Assembly (NCBI GenBank): GCA_963664295.1 | Contig: OY760935.1 | Span: 224,001-288,000, forward strand | DNA from: Candidatus Altimarinota bacterium | GTDB taxonomy: Bacteria; Patescibacteriota; Gracilibacteria; CAIRYL01; GCA-016699755 | Length of the DNA stretch: 64,000 bases | Reading direction: 5' to 3' | Shown: piece after piece, positions 19,939 to 29,688 of the stretch | How the letters are laid out: the number at the start of each line of letters is the position of its first letter | Position numbering within the stretch: position 1 is the first letter of the stretch | The notes under the pieces: generated by a model | Told to the model about the DNA's origin: nothing | The model's input: the letters and a program-made list of their open reading frames with translations, nothing else | Databases searched by the model: none | Program-made: the position numbers and the translations under genes

Positions 19939-20909
19939 TTGCCACAGTAGGCCCAAACACAGTAGATCAAAAAAGCTTAAAAAAGCTTTTGGAAGCAGGT
20001 GTTAATATTTTTCGCATCAATCTTTCACATGGAAGCAGAGAGTGGCATCAACAAGCTATAGATAATATTTGTGCTGTTTCTGGTGTGGTGGATATTTTAT
20101 TAGATACCCGTGGGCCGGAAATTCGCACTGGTGATTTTGATGGTGAAGTTGAAATAAAAGAAGGAGAAGTTTTTTATTTAGTGACAAAAAAAGAAGACCA
20201 AAACCCAGAAAAGAAAAAGTTTTTTACAGCTTATTCAAAGATTACAGAAACTTTGCAAGTTGGTGAAAAAGTAGCTATTGATGGAGGTATGCTTTTTGCT
20301 GAGGTTGTAAAAGTTGGTGCTGATTTTGTACAATGTAAAGCGGAAAATAGTTGGACAATAAGCTCAAGAAGGCATATTAATTTGCCTGGCGAAAGAGTTG
20401 ATTTGCCAACTTTGACAGAGCAGGATATTAGCGATTTAAAAGTTTTTGCAAATAATGAGCGAATAAAATATATTGCCATGTCTTTTGTGCGTTCTGCTAA
20501 TGATATTAAAAAGTGTCGAAAAATTTGTCCAAAACAAAAAATAATTGCCAAGATAGAAAATCAAGAGGGTGTGAATAATTTTCCTCTTATTTTGAAAGAA
20601 GCAGATGGTGTTATGGTGGCAAGAGGAGATTTGGGAGTTGAGGTGCCTTTGGAGGCTTTGCCTGTTATTCAGCGCAGAATGGTGCGCGCTATTCGCGATA
20701 ATGATAAATTTGTAATTGTGGCAACGGAAATGCTGGAATCAATGGTACAAAAACCACGCCCGACCAGGGCAGAGGTCTCAGATATTGCTACTGCTGTTTG
20801 GGAAGGCGCAAGTGCAGTTATGCTTTCGCAAGAAACTGCAATGGGTGCTTATCCTGTGCGTGCTGTGGAGATTATGCGTAAGACAATTGAATTTACAGAA
20901 AACGATTAA
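19920..20909 (+). CDS. pyk: Pyruvate kinase (no C-terminal domain)
   Basis: TKIIATVGP, RINLSHG, DTRGPEIRTG, AKIEN, MVARGDLGVE, PTRAEVSD, MLSQETAMG. Confidence 0.95.
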   Translation: MRQTKIIATVGPNTVDQKSLKKLLEAGVNIFRINLSHGSREWHQQAIDNICAVSGVVDILLDTRGPEIRTGDFDGEVEIKEGEVFYLVTKKEDQNPEKKKFFTAYSKITETLQVGEKVAIDGGMLFAEVVKVGADFVQCKAENSWTISSRRHINLPGERVDLPTLTEQDISDLKVFANNERIKYIAMSFVRSANDIKKCRKICPKQKIIAKIENQEGVNNFPLILKEADGVMVARGDLGVEVPLEALPVIQRRMVRAIRDNDKFVIVATEMLESMVQKPRPTRAEVSDIATAVWEGASAVMLSQETAMGAYPVRAVEIMRKTIEFTEND

Positions 20910-20921
20910 GACAAAAAACTA

Positions 20922-20949
20922 TTGACATATATTAAAAGGTGATTATAAT
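20922..20949 (+). promoter_or_regulatory. Consensus sigma70 promoter
   Basis: TTGACA - 16 bp - TATAAT, 30 bp upstream of ORF 20980. Confidence 0.7.
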
Positions 20950-20979
20950 AAAAACCTTTTAATTTTTTTTGTTAAAAAG

Positions 20980-21747
20980 ATGAGTCCAATAGATATGCCA
21001 CCACCAAATGACCCTGCTGATTTTTTCCCGCCAGTAGTAATAGAGCGTCGTTTGAGTGATTATAGAAAATTAAATTTACCAGATAATTCTTCTATGGGTC
21101 AGGATGAAAGTGGTGTTTTTATTCAACTTAATGGTAAAAGAATGTATTTGGATAGCTCATATCAATATCCGGTTGAAGATTATTTAACTTTCATGATTGC
21201 TACTAATATAGACGGAAAACCGGCTCGTTTTGATGCAGCAAAGTTATTTGAATTGCAAATTAATTTTGAGGGCACTGCCTTAGAAAATTCTCTTATAGTT
21301 GCATTGGAGCTAATATCTAAAGACTTAAAAGCTCAACTAAAGGCTGAAATGGGTATTGACTTTGATTTTGATGTTAGCACTCAAGAAGGTCTTGCAAAAA
21401 GCTGTATTCAATGTCATGGATCAAGAACAGAATTTATTGATGAACAAAAAATACACTATATCAAAAAGAAGTTTGAGCAATATCTTGAGGGATATATTAT
21501 TAAAGTTGAAATACAAAATATTAGACTAGAAATGATGGATACTGCTATAAAAATGTTTCAAGATCAGACCTCAAAAAATCCAAAAAACAAAGAAGTTCCT
21601 CAGGAAGACCAAAAAGACAAGCTTGAGAAACATCTTGATCCTAGTAAGCAAATACAAGCTATAAACAACAAGCCTTATAGTGGAAATAAATGTGCACCAC
21701 ATGTTTTAGCGCAAAGAAATAGAGGTAATAATAGAAGAAGGGGATAA
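20980..21747 (+). CDS. Hypothetical protein
   Basis: 255-aa ORF with its own consensus promoter; no family recognised. Confidence 0.7.
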   Translation: MSPIDMPPPNDPADFFPPVVIERRLSDYRKLNLPDNSSMGQDESGVFIQLNGKRMYLDSSYQYPVEDYLTFMIATNIDGKPARFDAAKLFELQINFEGTALENSLIVALELISKDLKAQLKAEMGIDFDFDVSTQEGLAKSCIQCHGSRTEFIDEQKIHYIKKKFEQYLEGYIIKVEIQNIRLEMMDTAIKMFQDQTSKNPKNKEVPQEDQKDKLEKHLDPSKQIQAINNKPYSGNKCAPHVLAQRNRGNNRRRG

Positions 21748-21783
21748 AAAAGGTATAAATTTATTTAATTTTTTAAAATAATT

Positions 21784-22053
21784 ATGAAATCAAAAAAATT
21801 TGATGAAATTTTAGGACAAGGAGAAGTAGTTAATGAACTAGCTGATTTTATTGATCCAACTGTAGCAGTGGTTCATGGTTTGCAAAATTCAGCATTGGAA
21901 TTTCAGGCAGGAGCAATGTCTGTTGTTGATAGCATTGAAAACGGTGATAATGGCTTTGAAAAGCCAGTATCTGAAATCAATCCTGCCAAAGGAAGCGCAA
22001 CGCAAGGAGTGCACTGCTCAGCTGTTTGTCGTCAAAAAGGTTCTCGATCTTAA
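21784..22053 (+). CDS. Small hypothetical protein
   Basis: 89-aa ORF with host-like AT-rich start context; no family recognised. Confidence 0.55.
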   Translation: MKSKKFDEILGQGEVVNELADFIDPTVAVVHGLQNSALEFQAGAMSVVDSIENGDNGFEKPVSEINPAKGSATQGVHCSAVCRQKGSRS

Positions 22054-22111
22054 AAATTGCAAATTTCCTTGCATAAATTTTAAAACGCTGTAAAATTATC
22101 TTTGATTTTTA

Positions 22112-22190
22112 CCGCGTTTTTTGATTGTGCGATCCTCTCTGCCTTGGCAGGGTCAAGCACAAAAAGAGAAAAGCGTCGCGAAACAAGGAT
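22112..22190 (+). promoter_or_regulatory. Structured 5' leader of rpsB (candidate S2 autoregulatory element)
   Basis: Nested pairings TTGTGC/GCACAA and CTGC-CTTG-GCAG, downstream of TTGCAT-16-TAAAAT (22069-22096). Confidence 0.5.
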
Positions 22191-22204
22191 TTTACCCAAT
22201 TAAA

Positions 22205-22897
22205 ATGAAAGAAATTTCTCCACGCGAAATGCTCGCGAATGCTGTCCATTTTGGACACAAAACATCCCTTTGGAACCCTAAAATGAAGTCTTATATTTAT
22301 GGGCAAAAAGGTGGTGTGCATGTTTTTGATCTACAAAAAACAGCAAAAAAATTACAAGAAGCATGCGAAGTGCTTGCTCGTAATGCAAAACAAGGTAAAA
22401 CAGTTTTGTTTGTTTCTACAAAACCACAAACAAAAAGTTTACTTAAAGAATTTCACAAAGAAACAGGCTGTCCAGTTGTTATTAACAAGTGGATCGGCGG
22501 TATGCTTACTAATCTAAAAACAATGAACCAAAGAATGCGCAGATTAAGAGATTTGCGTGAAATGGCTGATACTGGTGAAATTGAAAAATTTACCAAAAAA
22601 GAACAAGCTCAATTAAAAAAAGAACTTGAAAAATTAGATGAAGCTTTTAGTGGTATTGAAAAAATGCACAGAAAGCCAGATGTTTTATTTGTTGTTGATG
22701 GAAAAAGAGACACAAATGCATTAAAAGAAGCTAAAAAATTAGGAATTACCATTGTTGGTATTTGTGATTCCAATGTTGATCCTGATTTTTATGACTACTT
22801 AATACCTGCTAATGATGATGCAATTTCATCATTAACCCATGTTCTTTCTTTTGTTTTTGACGCTGTGCGCCAAGGCAAGAAAATTTCATCTAAATAA
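22205..22897 (+). CDS. rpsB: 30S ribosomal protein S2
   Basis: VHFGHKTSLWNPKM, WIGGMLTN, DSNVDP, IPANDDA; start moved to ATG 22205. Confidence 0.96.
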   Translation: MKEISPREMLANAVHFGHKTSLWNPKMKSYIYGQKGGVHVFDLQKTAKKLQEACEVLARNAKQGKTVLFVSTKPQTKSLLKEFHKETGCPVVINKWIGGMLTNLKTMNQRMRRLRDLREMADTGEIEKFTKKEQAQLKKELEKLDEAFSGIEKMHRKPDVLFVVDGKRDTNALKEAKKLGITIVGICDSNVDPDFYDYLIPANDDAISSLTHVLSFVFDAVRQGKKISSK

Positions 22898-22899
22898 TT

Positions 22900-23583
22900 A
22901 TGAACGAAATAAATCCTGCACATGAACAATTTGAAAAAGAAAATGGCATGAGTCTTGATGAGGCTTGGAATTATGTTCAAAAATGGAAATTTGAAGGCAA
23001 AAAAGAAGAAGCGATAAGAGGGTGTAAAGAAATATTAAAGTTTTTTCCTGATCACGAAGGAGCAAAAACAACTTTGCATCAATTAGGTGGTATGGATTCC
23101 CGCATTGAACAATTTAGCGGTGAAATGATTGACAAGGTTGGTGAAAAAATCAAAGAAGTGACTCATCAAGCGCCAAAAGATCCAGAGCTTCTTGCTCAGG
23201 AAAAGGCTCGCAAAAAAGAAGAAGCAGAAACAGAAGAGCAAGAAATTGCAGAAGCTCAAGAAAAATTAACAACAAACGAAGAAAGATTATGGGGAGCTTT
23301 GTCTTATTGTTGGGTGTTGGTGTTTTTGCCAATAATTTTCAAAAGAAACACTAGTTTATTTATCAAATTTCATGCTCGCCAAGGATTGGTTATATTTTTA
23401 ATCTTTTTCTTTTTTGAGTGGCTTATTATTAGCTTATTGTCTTTGATTTTTGGTGGACCATTGGCAATGGCGCTCGATGCAGTGATTTTTATTTTGTTTG
23501 TTGGTTTAGCAATTATGGCTTATCAAGGAAATTGGTTCAAAATACCAGTTGTTTATAAGCTTTCTAAAAAAATTCCTTTATAA
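22900..23583 (+). CDS. DUF4870-like membrane protein with soluble helical N-terminus
   Basis: ERLWGALSY...FIKFHARQGL...AYQGNWFKIPVV pattern with three TM segments. Confidence 0.65.
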   Translation: MNEINPAHEQFEKENGMSLDEAWNYVQKWKFEGKKEEAIRGCKEILKFFPDHEGAKTTLHQLGGMDSRIEQFSGEMIDKVGEKIKEVTHQAPKDPELLAQEKARKKEEAETEEQEIAEAQEKLTTNEERLWGALSYCWVLVFLPIIFKRNTSLFIKFHARQGLVIFLIFFFFEWLIISLLSLIFGGPLAMALDAVIFILFVGLAIMAYQGNWFKIPVVYKLSKKIPL

Positions 23584-23600
23584 ATTTTATTTAAATTAAA

Positions 23601-24371
23601 ATGGCAGAAATTTCAGCAAAAGATGTTATGGCTCTACGCGAGCGCACAGGTGTTTCTATGATGGCTTGCAAAAAAGCTCTTGTTGAAGCAAATGGTGATA
23701 TGGATTTAGCAGTTGATGTGCTTAGAAAAAGTGGTATTGCAAAAGCAGAAAAAAAATCAGACCGCGCAACAGGCGAAGGCGCTGTTTATATTCTTAACAG
23801 AACTATTGCAAAATTAAATTGCGAAACTGATTTCGTGGCTAAAAATGAAGATTTCCAAGCTTTTTTAAAAGAAATTGCTGAAGCAGGTGACAAAGAAGGT
23901 TCAGAATCAGCAGAAAAAGTTTTTGAAAGCAAAAAGGGCGATATTGTAAATAAGCTTGGTGAAAATATTACTTTTGGTGGAATTGAAAAAGTTGAAGGAG
24001 GGGACACAGTCAGTGGTTTTGCTCATTTTAATAACAAAATTGCTGCTATTGTAGCGCTTGAAGGTGGTGATGAAGAACTTGCAAAAGATATTAGCATGCA
24101 TATTACTGCTGTTAATCCTCTTGTTTTGTCTCCAGATGATGTTGATAAGGATTTATTAGCAAAAGAAAAAGAAATTTGGACAGCAGAACTTCAGCAAAGT
24201 GGTAAGCCAGAAAATATTATTGAAAATATTTTGAAAGGTAAGGAGAATAAGTTCCGTGGCGAAAACGCACTTCTTTCTCAGCCTTTTGTAAAAAATCCTG
24301 ATTTAACTATTGCAAAATTAGCAGAAGAAAAAGGAGCAAAAGTAGTTGCTTTTATTAGGGTGTCTGTTTAA
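23601..24371 (+). CDS. tsf: Elongation factor Ts
   Basis: LRERTGVSMMACKKAL, LNCETDFVAKN, GKPENIIENI, LLSQPFVK. Confidence 0.96.
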   Translation: MAEISAKDVMALRERTGVSMMACKKALVEANGDMDLAVDVLRKSGIAKAEKKSDRATGEGAVYILNRTIAKLNCETDFVAKNEDFQAFLKEIAEAGDKEGSESAEKVFESKKGDIVNKLGENITFGGIEKVEGGDTVSGFAHFNNKIAAIVALEGGDEELAKDISMHITAVNPLVLSPDDVDKDLLAKEKEIWTAELQQSGKPENIIENILKGKENKFRGENALLSQPFVKNPDLTIAKLAEEKGAKVVAFIRVSV

Positions 24372-24516
24372 CAGAAAAACAACCTGCGCACTATTGTGTC
24401 GTTTTTATTTTTTCGCTCGCACGCCTATTATTAAAATAGGCTTGGCTCGTCTCAAAAACAAATCTCCTTATATTGCTTGCTTCTTTTTTTGTTAAAATTT
24501 AATTGCTGACTTGATT

Positions 24517-24553
24517 AAAAAAACTGCCTTGCTTTGTTCAGGGCAGTTTTTTT
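24517..24553. terminator. Bidirectional intrinsic terminator
   Basis: A-tract, AACTGCCTTG-loop-CAGGGCAGTT stem, T-tract between convergent genes. Confidence 0.75.
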
Positions 24554-24626
24554 GTTGTGCCTTGATTTATATTGACATCATCTTAATCTTCTTTTTTCTT
24601 TCTCTTGAACGAGCCCCTTTTTACTT

Positions 24627-25178
24627 TGTCATCCTGAGCCCGCCCCCTACTTTGTCATCCTGAGCGACCCCGCACTTTTTTAAAGTGCGGGGGAAGCGAA
24701 GGATCTCCCGTTGTCATTACTACACAATCACCCAAGGTAGGGATTGTGCGCATGGACAAGGAGATTCTTCGCTCCATTTCATTCCGCTCAGAATGACAGC
24801 AATAGTGTGTCATCCTGAATCCACCTAGGCGGACGCAAGCGCTCGATTCAGGATCTCCCGTAGTCATTACTGTTGTAATAACCGAGATAGTATTTGAGCG
24901 TATGGCAAAGGAGATTGCGGGTCAAGCCCACAATGACACCCCAAAAAATCCGCAATGACACTTCTCGAGATTGCGGATCAAGTCCGCAATGACAGCTCAA
25001 AAAAGCCCACAATGACAAACATGATGTCATCCTGAATTAAATTCAGGATCTCCCGTTGTCATTACTACACAATCACCCATGGCAGGGATTGAGCGCATGG
25101 AGAAGGAGATTCTTCGTCGTCCGCTATTGCAGACTCTTCAGAATGACAAAGAGGGAGCGTGTTTCACTCGGAATGACA
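24627..25178. repeat. Palindromic repeat cluster 3
   Basis: Several TGTCATCCTGA...GGATCTCCCG and GAGATT...AATGACA modules with variable hairpin cores. Confidence 0.93.
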
Positions 25179-25183
25179 AAAAA

Positions 25184-26149
25184 TTATTGCTCAATCAATT
25201 CTCCAAGTAAGTGATTTGGATTTGCTCTATAAGTCAAAACTTCTAGGTTGTATTTGCTTGCTCTTTTTAAGTAATCCGCCAGTTTGTTAGTAGAAATATA
25301 CTCAACACTAAGTAGTTTTTTACCATCTTTTTGCAGATTGATAATATCTACCATATTAAAAAAATTGCTTACATAATTTTCTTCAAAGAAAATATCCTCT
25401 AAAACAACACCATCAAGCCAAGTTAAATAACGAGCCTTATTCTTTTTTGTGCAATTTCGTGTGATTTTAAAGCCATTTTCTGCTACCAAAATCATGTCTA
25501 TGTTTTTTTCGTTTAAATAGTTATTAATTTTGCCAACAAGGTTCATCATTCTGTTTGTGCTACTTCTTATTGAAGACCTGTTTATATCTACCCAAAAATC
25601 AAAACTATCTACATTGGCAAGATATATGCCATCAAAGTCAGCTTCGATTATTTTCTCTAGATAAGGTTCGATTGCAATATCCCACCAGCTATCTTGCCAG
25701 TATTCTATATAATAACTTCCTTCTTTCAGCGGATTTTCTGCTCCTATGAAGCCTTTTTTGCCATATGGGCAAAGATTTTCCCAGGTGAATTTTTCTTTTT
25801 TCCAGTCATAATAGCGATGAATGCATTCTCTGTTTTTTTCTATTTCTTTTTCCCATTTTGTTTGCCAATAAAAACGCACCAACTCTGCCTCGCCAATGGA
25901 AAGATAGGCTATTATTGTTTTTCCGCTGTCTTTTAATTTTTGTATTTCTTCTTTTGTTATTGCTTTTTCATCTGTGCCATCGAGCGAATAATCAATTACT
26001 AGAATATCAAAATCGCTTTTTTCTAGCTCTTCAAGGTTTATATTTTCTAGTTGATATGCCCAGGTTTTTGCAGAAGAAAAATTACTTTCTGCCTTTGTTA
26101 AAGGCAGAAAAACAAAAAAAGCCATTAAAAAAGAAATAATTTTTTTCAT
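25184..26149 (-). CDS. Secreted MJ1477/TM1410-like glycoside hydrolase (GH114/GH166-like)
   Basis: Signal peptide; WAYQLE, VIDYS, IIAYLSIGEAE, FDGIYLANVDSF, VAENG. Confidence 0.75.
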   Translation of the reverse strand: MKKIISFLMAFFVFLPLTKAESNFSSAKTWAYQLENINLEELEKSDFDILVIDYSLDGTDEKAITKEEIQKLKDSGKTIIAYLSIGEAELVRFYWQTKWEKEIEKNRECIHRYYDWKKEKFTWENLCPYGKKGFIGAENPLKEGSYYIEYWQDSWWDIAIEPYLEKIIEADFDGIYLANVDSFDFWVDINRSSIRSSTNRMMNLVGKINNYLNEKNIDMILVAENGFKITRNCTKKNKARYLTWLDGVVLEDIFFEENYVSNFFNMVDIINLQKDGKKLLSVEYISTNKLADYLKRASKYNLEVLTYRANPNHLLGELIEQ

Positions 26150-27177
26150 TCATCAAAGAAAAATTTACCAAGATAGATAGTATCCACGCCTTTTTCTATA
26201 CTTTTTTCTATTTCAAAGTCAAACTTTTTGATTGTTTCTTCTTTGTATAAAGGAATTGTGTTTTTTTCGCCCAATATTGTTGAGGAGACTATGTAATAGG
26301 CTATTTGTGGTATTTTTTGTTCTATGAAAGATGAGAATATTTTTGATCCACCTTCAACTAATACACTAGAGATATTTTGTTTGTATAAATCTTTGAGGAT
26401 TTTTTTGAGATTAAAATGACCATTTTTGTTTAATTTATAGTCTTTTTCTATGATATGGAGGTAGTTTTTATCTTTGAATACTTTGGCTGTTTTGGGAATT
26501 CTGTTTTCTTTGTCGATTATTATACGAAGAGGGTCTTTTTTTGGTTTTATTCCCCTTGTTGTTAATAGGGGATTGTCTGTTAATACTGTGTCAGAGCCTA
26601 CTAATATTGCATCATATTCTCGTCTTAGTTCTTGAGTAAATTCGTCTGCTTCTTTGCAGGAAATTTTTATTCTTTTGCCTGTTATGCCAATTTTTTCATC
26701 AGCTGATATTGCAGCTTTAAAAGCCACAAAAGGCAATCCAGTTTTTTGGTTATGTATAAAAAATTTGTTCAATAATTTGCATTGATCCTCAAGTATGCCT
26801 ATTTTTGTTTTTATTCCATTGTTTTCTAGCTCTTTTATTCCTTTTCCATTTACTTTTGGATTTGGATCTTTCATGCCAATTATTACTTCTTTTATGCCCG
26901 CTTTGATTATTGCTTTTGTGCAGGGTGGGGTTTTGCCTGTTGTGCAACAAGGTTCAAGATTTACATATAAACTTGCTCCTTTTGCTTTTGTTCCTGCTTT
27001 TTTGATCACTTCTGCTTCTGCATGCGCTTTGCCAAATGCTTTGTGGTAGCCTTTTGTGATTATTTTGTCATTTTTTACAAGCACAGCGCCAACAAGAGGG
27101 TTTGTTTTGGTAAATCCTTTGCCTTTTTTGGCAAGCTCAAGGGCTTCGTTCATGTAGAATTCATCATTTTTTATCAT
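26146..27177 (-). CDS. ribD: Riboflavin biosynthesis deaminase/reductase RibD
   Basis: NPLVGAV, HAE, NLEPCC...TPPC, DNPLLTTR, VLVEGGS. Confidence 0.93.
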   Translation of the reverse strand: MIKNDEFYMNEALELAKKGKGFTKTNPLVGAVLVKNDKIITKGYHKAFGKAHAEAEVIKKAGTKAKGASLYVNLEPCCTTGKTPPCTKAIIKAGIKEVIIGMKDPNPKVNGKGIKELENNGIKTKIGILEDQCKLLNKFFIHNQKTGLPFVAFKAAISADEKIGITGKRIKISCKEADEFTQELRREYDAILVGSDTVLTDNPLLTTRGIKPKKDPLRIIIDKENRIPKTAKVFKDKNYLHIIEKDYKLNKNGHFNLKKILKDLYKQNISSVLVEGGSKIFSSFIEQKIPQIAYYIVSSTILGEKNTIPLYKEETIKKFDFEIEKSIEKGVDTIYLGKFFFDE

Positions 27178-28133
27178 GCAAGGTGGAAAATTTTACCTAA
27201 AAACATAATAAAAATAGCAATTGCCATTAAGCCTTCCCATTTTGTGAATTGTTTGTCTAGGCCAGAGAAAATAAAATATAAAGTTGCAATAGCAACAAAA
27301 GGAAGACCAATAAGTATTGTTTCAGGGGCTACTGTAAGGGCGGATATTGAGCCGGCAATTCCGACAATGCCCAGTGAATTTGCAATATTTGAACCTAAAA
27401 TATTTCCTACTGCCATGGAATAATGTTTTTTGCGAGTCATGACCACAGTGACGAAAATTTCTGGAAAACTGGTACCAACAGCTAGAAAAAACATAGAAGC
27501 AGTATCAGCAGGGATGCCTGCATTGATAGACAATGTTTCTAAATTGGTAATAGTAAAATCAGAGGAAATAGCTACTCCAAAGGCACCAGCCACTATCAAG
27601 CTAAGAAATTTCCAGACTTCTTTGCGACTTGCTTTTATTTTTTCAGCTTCACCAGCTTTTCCATCTACCACTGAAAAAATTACAAAAACCAAAAAACCTA
27701 ATAATAAAAGTAATCCTTCTGCTCTGTTTAAAACGCCATCAGAAAGAAAATAAATTAAAATCGCAGTACCCCCAAAAAGAAAAGGTAAATCAAAATTAAC
27801 AAGCTCGCGATCGACCTTAATATTGCGAAATAACGAGGCAATACCAACACCAAGAAGAATATTGGCAATATTTGAACCAATTACATTACCAGCAACAATT
27901 GGGGTCAGGTCATTTTCCGGAGTGGAGCGCAAAACAGGCACAATAGCAGTGGCAAGCTCAGGAATGCTCGTGCCAATAGCCACCACTGTCACACCAATAA
28001 TAAAATGTGGTATACCTAGTGCTTTTCCTAATTTTTCTGCGTTGTTAACAAAAATATCAGCAAACTTAATAAGTAAAAATAAAGAACCTGCAAAAAGACT
28101 AAAAGGAGCCACAACTGAAACAAATTCAGACAT
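27174..28133 (-). CDS. Calcium/sodium antiporter (YrbG family)
   Basis: Two alpha repeats GTSIPEL/GSNIAN and GTSFPEI/GSNIAN; start more likely ATG 28133 than 28223. Confidence 0.88.
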   Translation of the reverse strand: MSEFVSVVAPFSLFAGSLFLLIKFADIFVNNAEKLGKALGIPHFIIGVTVVAIGTSIPELATAIVPVLRSTPENDLTPIVAGNVIGSNIANILLGVGIASLFRNIKVDRELVNFDLPFLFGGTAILIYFLSDGVLNRAEGLLLLLGFLVFVIFSVVDGKAGEAEKIKASRKEVWKFLSLIVAGAFGVAISSDFTITNLETLSINAGIPADTASMFFLAVGTSFPEIFVTVVMTRKKHYSMAVGNILGSNIANSLGIVGIAGSISALTVAPETILIGLPFVAIATLYFIFSGLDKQFTKWEGLMAIAIFIMFLGKIFHLA

Positions 28134-28213
28134 TTTAATAAAAATAATACGCCAAAAGTTTAGCAATATTTTTATATATTGAAAATCAGAAAGAAAAAAG
28201 CAAAAATAACAAT

Positions 28214-28609
28214 ATGGAAACATTAGAAATAAGTACTGATAAAAATAAACAAATGGTTAATTTAGACCATAAAATAAAAGCAATTTTGCAAGAACAAGGT
28301 TGGCGAAATGGTGTGCTTACCGTTTTTGTGCCACATACAACTGCAGGGGTGACAATAAATGAAAATGCTGATCCTGATGTTGAAAAAGACATTTTAAGTT
28401 TTTGTCAAAATTTAGTGCCAAGAAACTGGGGATTTGATCATGCGGAAGGTAATTCTGATGCTCATATTCTTAGTTCTTTTTTTGGTTCTAGCTTGCAGGT
28501 TATTGTAGAAAATGGCATTATGGTGCTTGGAACTTGGCAGAGTATATTTTTTTGTGAATTTGATGGGCCAAGAAAGCGTAAAATTTTGTTAGAATTTACT
28601 GAAAAATGA
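28214..28609 (+). CDS. yjbQ: YjbQ (UPF0047) family protein
   Basis: PHTTAGVTINENADPDV, HAEGNSDAH, LGTWQSIFFCEFDGPR. Confidence 0.92.
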   Translation: METLEISTDKNKQMVNLDHKIKAILQEQGWRNGVLTVFVPHTTAGVTINENADPDVEKDILSFCQNLVPRNWGFDHAEGNSDAHILSSFFGSSLQVIVENGIMVLGTWQSIFFCEFDGPRKRKILLEFTEK

Positions 28610-29685
28610 CAAAAATAGTAGTTAAGGTTGGCACTAATGTACTTACAGATGAGGAAGGTAAGTTGGATAATAAGATTATTGCTAATTTAGTTGAGCAAAT
28701 TTCTACTATCAAAAGACAAAAAATAGACATTGCCTTAATTACTTCCGGGGCTGTTGGCGCTGGTAAAAAGAGATATGAACAAGAAGACTCTGTTAAAAAA
28801 AGAGGCTTATTAAGCAAAGAAAAGATAGTACAAAAGCAGGTTTTTGCTTCATTGGGTCAAATTAAGCTCATGGAAACTTATTCTAAGTATTTTTTAAAAC
28901 ATAAGTTTTTTTGTGCTCAGGTTTTGGCTACTAGAGAGGATTTTCGTGACAGAAAACATTACTTAAATATGCGTAATTGCTTACAGGAACTGCTTTCTAA
29001 TCATATTGTTCCAATTATCAATGAAAACGATGTGATTTCTATTCAAGAGCTTATGTTTTCTGATAATGATGAGCTTGCGGCTATGGTTAGTTCTATGATT
29101 AATGCTCAAAAGCTTATTTTGCTTACTAATGTAGATGGTCTTTATGATGGTGATCCAGATGATCCTGATTCTAAATTGATAACAGAAGTAAAAGTTAATG
29201 AAAAATGGGAAAAATATGTTTGTGAAAAAAAATCCAGCTTAGGTAGAGGAGGTATGAGTACAAAATGCAAAATAGGTCAGCGTCTTGGCAAAATGGGCAT
29301 AGAAACAATCCTTGTGAATGGTAAGCAAAAAGATGTTTTATTAAAGGTTATAAAGGGTGATTTTAGGGGAACGACTTTTATGGCCTCAAAGAAGGTAAGT
29401 GCGGTTAAGAAATGGATTGCAGTGGCGCCCGATATCAAACGAGGCGCCATTGTTGTAAATGATGGTGCAAAAGAGGCAATTTTAGACGGAGCAAGTTTGT
29501 TGCCAGTAGGTATTGTTGACATAGAAGGTTATTTTGAAGAAGGTAGCACTGTTTATGTAAAAGGCGAAGATGGTAAAGTTTTTGCTGGTGGTCTTGTGCG
29601 TATGAATTCTAAACAAGCAAAAACAAAAATAGGGCAAAGTAATCAATCTCCTTTAATTCGCAGGGATTACATTTTTTTGTATTAA
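28606..29685 (+). CDS. proB: Glutamate 5-kinase with PUA domain
   Basis: VVKVGT, TSGAVGAG, PIINEND, FSDNDEL, GRGGMSTK, SLLPVGI. Confidence 0.95.
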   Translation: MTKIVVKVGTNVLTDEEGKLDNKIIANLVEQISTIKRQKIDIALITSGAVGAGKKRYEQEDSVKKRGLLSKEKIVQKQVFASLGQIKLMETYSKYFLKHKFFCAQVLATREDFRDRKHYLNMRNCLQELLSNHIVPIINENDVISIQELMFSDNDELAAMVSSMINAQKLILLTNVDGLYDGDPDDPDSKLITEVKVNEKWEKYVCEKKSSLGRGGMSTKCKIGQRLGKMGIETILVNGKQKDVLLKVIKGDFRGTTFMASKKVSAVKKWIAVAPDIKRGAIVVNDGAKEAILDGASLLPVGIVDIEGYFEEGSTVYVKGEDGKVFAGGLVRMNSKQAKTKIGQSNQSPLIRRDYIFLY

Positions 29686-29688
29686 ATC

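Noticed and set aside
21400-21420. CxxCH heme-binding motif (CIQCH) in ORF 20980-21747
   Set aside because: Single motif in a protein with no export signal; likely chance
22121-22204. N-terminal extensions in the ORF track for rpsB (also 28134-28223, 42675-42722, 45946-45990)
   Set aside because: Downstream ATGs fit family starts, signal peptides or the RBS better
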